Source of the DNA: Patescibacteria group bacterium
GTDB lineage: Bacteria > Patescibacteriota > Microgenomatia > UBA12405
Assembly (NCBI GenBank): GCA_023380755.1
Contig: JAMCSD010000008.1
Span: forward strand, 24,592-88,591
Length of the DNA stretch: 64,000 nt
Direction of reading: 5' to 3'
Made by a program: the position numbers and the translations under genes. Positions 63,510 to 64,000 of the stretch are shown here, piece after piece. Within the stretch, counting starts at the first letter, position 1, and each line of letters starts with the position of its first letter. The notes below the pieces were generated by a model. That model saw only the letters and a program-made list of their open reading frames with translations, searched no databases and had not been told where the DNA came from.

Positions 63510-64000
63510 ATGTCAGAAACACAAAAGAACCTGGTTAAAGCGTTTGCCGGAGAAAGCCAGGCGAGAAATAAGTACACGGTGTTTGGAGGGCTGGCGCGAA
63601 AAGAAGGCCTAGAGTGGATTGCCAGGGTTTTTGAAGAAACAGCAGAAGAAGAACGGGTGCACGCCAAGGAGTTGTGGGAGCTGCTGCGAGAAAGCACTAA
63701 AGTGGAAGGGGTGGAATTGGACAACAAGCCTTACGGAAAGACCAGTGAAAACCTAAAGGCAGCAGCCACCGGAGAAAGATATGAATGGACAACGATGTAT
63801 CCGGAGTTTGAAAAGGCAGCCAAAAAGGAAGGAGAGAAAGAGGCGGAGAGATTATTTGGGGCATTAAAGGAAGTGGAAGAAGAGCACGAAGAAAGATATT
63901 TGATTATAGTAAGACACCTGGACGAAAAAACACTATACGACCAGGAAGCGGAGTTGACTTGGAAATGCGTTAACTGCGGCTATATATATACGGGAAAAAC
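63510..64000 (+). CDS. rbr: Rubrerythrin (3-prime end cut by window edge; absent from ORF track)
   Basis: Own translation: MSETQKNLVKAFAGESQARNKYTVFGGLARKEGLEWIARVFEETAEEERVHAKEL...EVEEEHEERY...WKCVNCGYIYTGK (ExxH diiron motifs plus rubredoxin CxxC). GAGG SD. Confidence 0.88.
   Translation, partial: MSETQKNLVKAFAGESQARNKYTVFGGLARKEGLEWIARVFEETAEEERVHAKELWELLRESTKVEGVELDNKPYGKTSENLKAAATGERYEWTTMYPEFEKAAKKEGEKEAERLFGALKEVEEEHEERYLIIVRHLDEKTLYDQEAELTWKCVNCGYIYTGK

Noticed and set aside
63464-63727. 87-aa minus-strand ORF
   Set aside because: It is antisense to a clear rubrerythrin reading frame (63510 onward) that the track omitted because it runs off the window.
1-64000. CRISPR arrays, rRNA genes, IS elements, integrases or prophage structural genes
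   Set aside because: None were seen. There are no regularly spaced direct repeats, no transposase or recombinase motifs (DDE, tyrosine or serine recombinase) in any long ORF, and no rRNA-like conserved blocks.

Overview
Gene-dense 64-kb bacterial window using the standard code. I call about 75 CDS and one tRNA-Ser(GGA), and find no rRNA, CRISPR array, transposase or integrase. Gene content (GT39 glycosyltransferase, DUF1573-like, PspC, a bacterial RRM protein, many orphan secreted or membrane proteins) suggests a small-genome Patescibacteria/CPR-like organism; this is inference only. All calls come from motif reading of the supplied ORF track and sequence, with no searches run.

Layout:
- 1-8.0 kb: AT-rich accessory block with an HNH-RecQ helicase, XRE regulator, membrane-tethered PD-(D/E)xK-like protein, 1144-aa orphan membrane protein, Zn-ribbon protein and a TM protein.
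- 8-17.8 kb: secreted GH26, NUDIX, tRNA-Ser, an RRM/CarD-like/DEAD-box cluster, isochorismatase, flavodoxin, tdk, hemerythrin.
- 18.0-20.7 kb: HTH protein plus GHKL (Bergerat-fold) ATPase pair.
- 20.7-43 kb: transporters, protease, cupredoxin, ABC exporter, zwf, peroxiredoxins, RecD-like helicase, GH8, DUF2207-like, GT39, rnhB.
- 43.5-47.1 kb: wHTH regulator operon divergent from three tandem, translationally coupled paralogous small genes.
- 49-54.6 kb: MerR, NUDIX, DUF1573-like/CPxC-membrane/DsbA cluster.
- 54.7-62.9 kb: copper locus (TCS, Met-rich protein, CopA, CopZ, HMA-permease-cupredoxin fusion, BlaR1-like/BlaI-like pair).
- 3-prime edge: NUDIX and a truncated rubrerythrin missing from the ORF track.

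Main findings:
1. The AT-rich nuclease/helicase/membrane block is the best candidate for an undescribed defence-type system.
2. A 17-bp palindrome (yACTACA-N3-yrTAGTA) occurs four times. It overlaps the -10 box and start codon of the BlaI-like gene, the copper operon and the DsbA gene, and lies upstream of the DUF1573-like operon. This predicts one regulon linking copper efflux and disulfide-bond formation.
3. At least 32 start codons sit 5-8 nt downstream of a TATAAT-like hexamer, suggesting widespread leaderless mRNAs.
4. Three tandem paralogs lie next to GTCA direct repeats spaced one helical turn apart.
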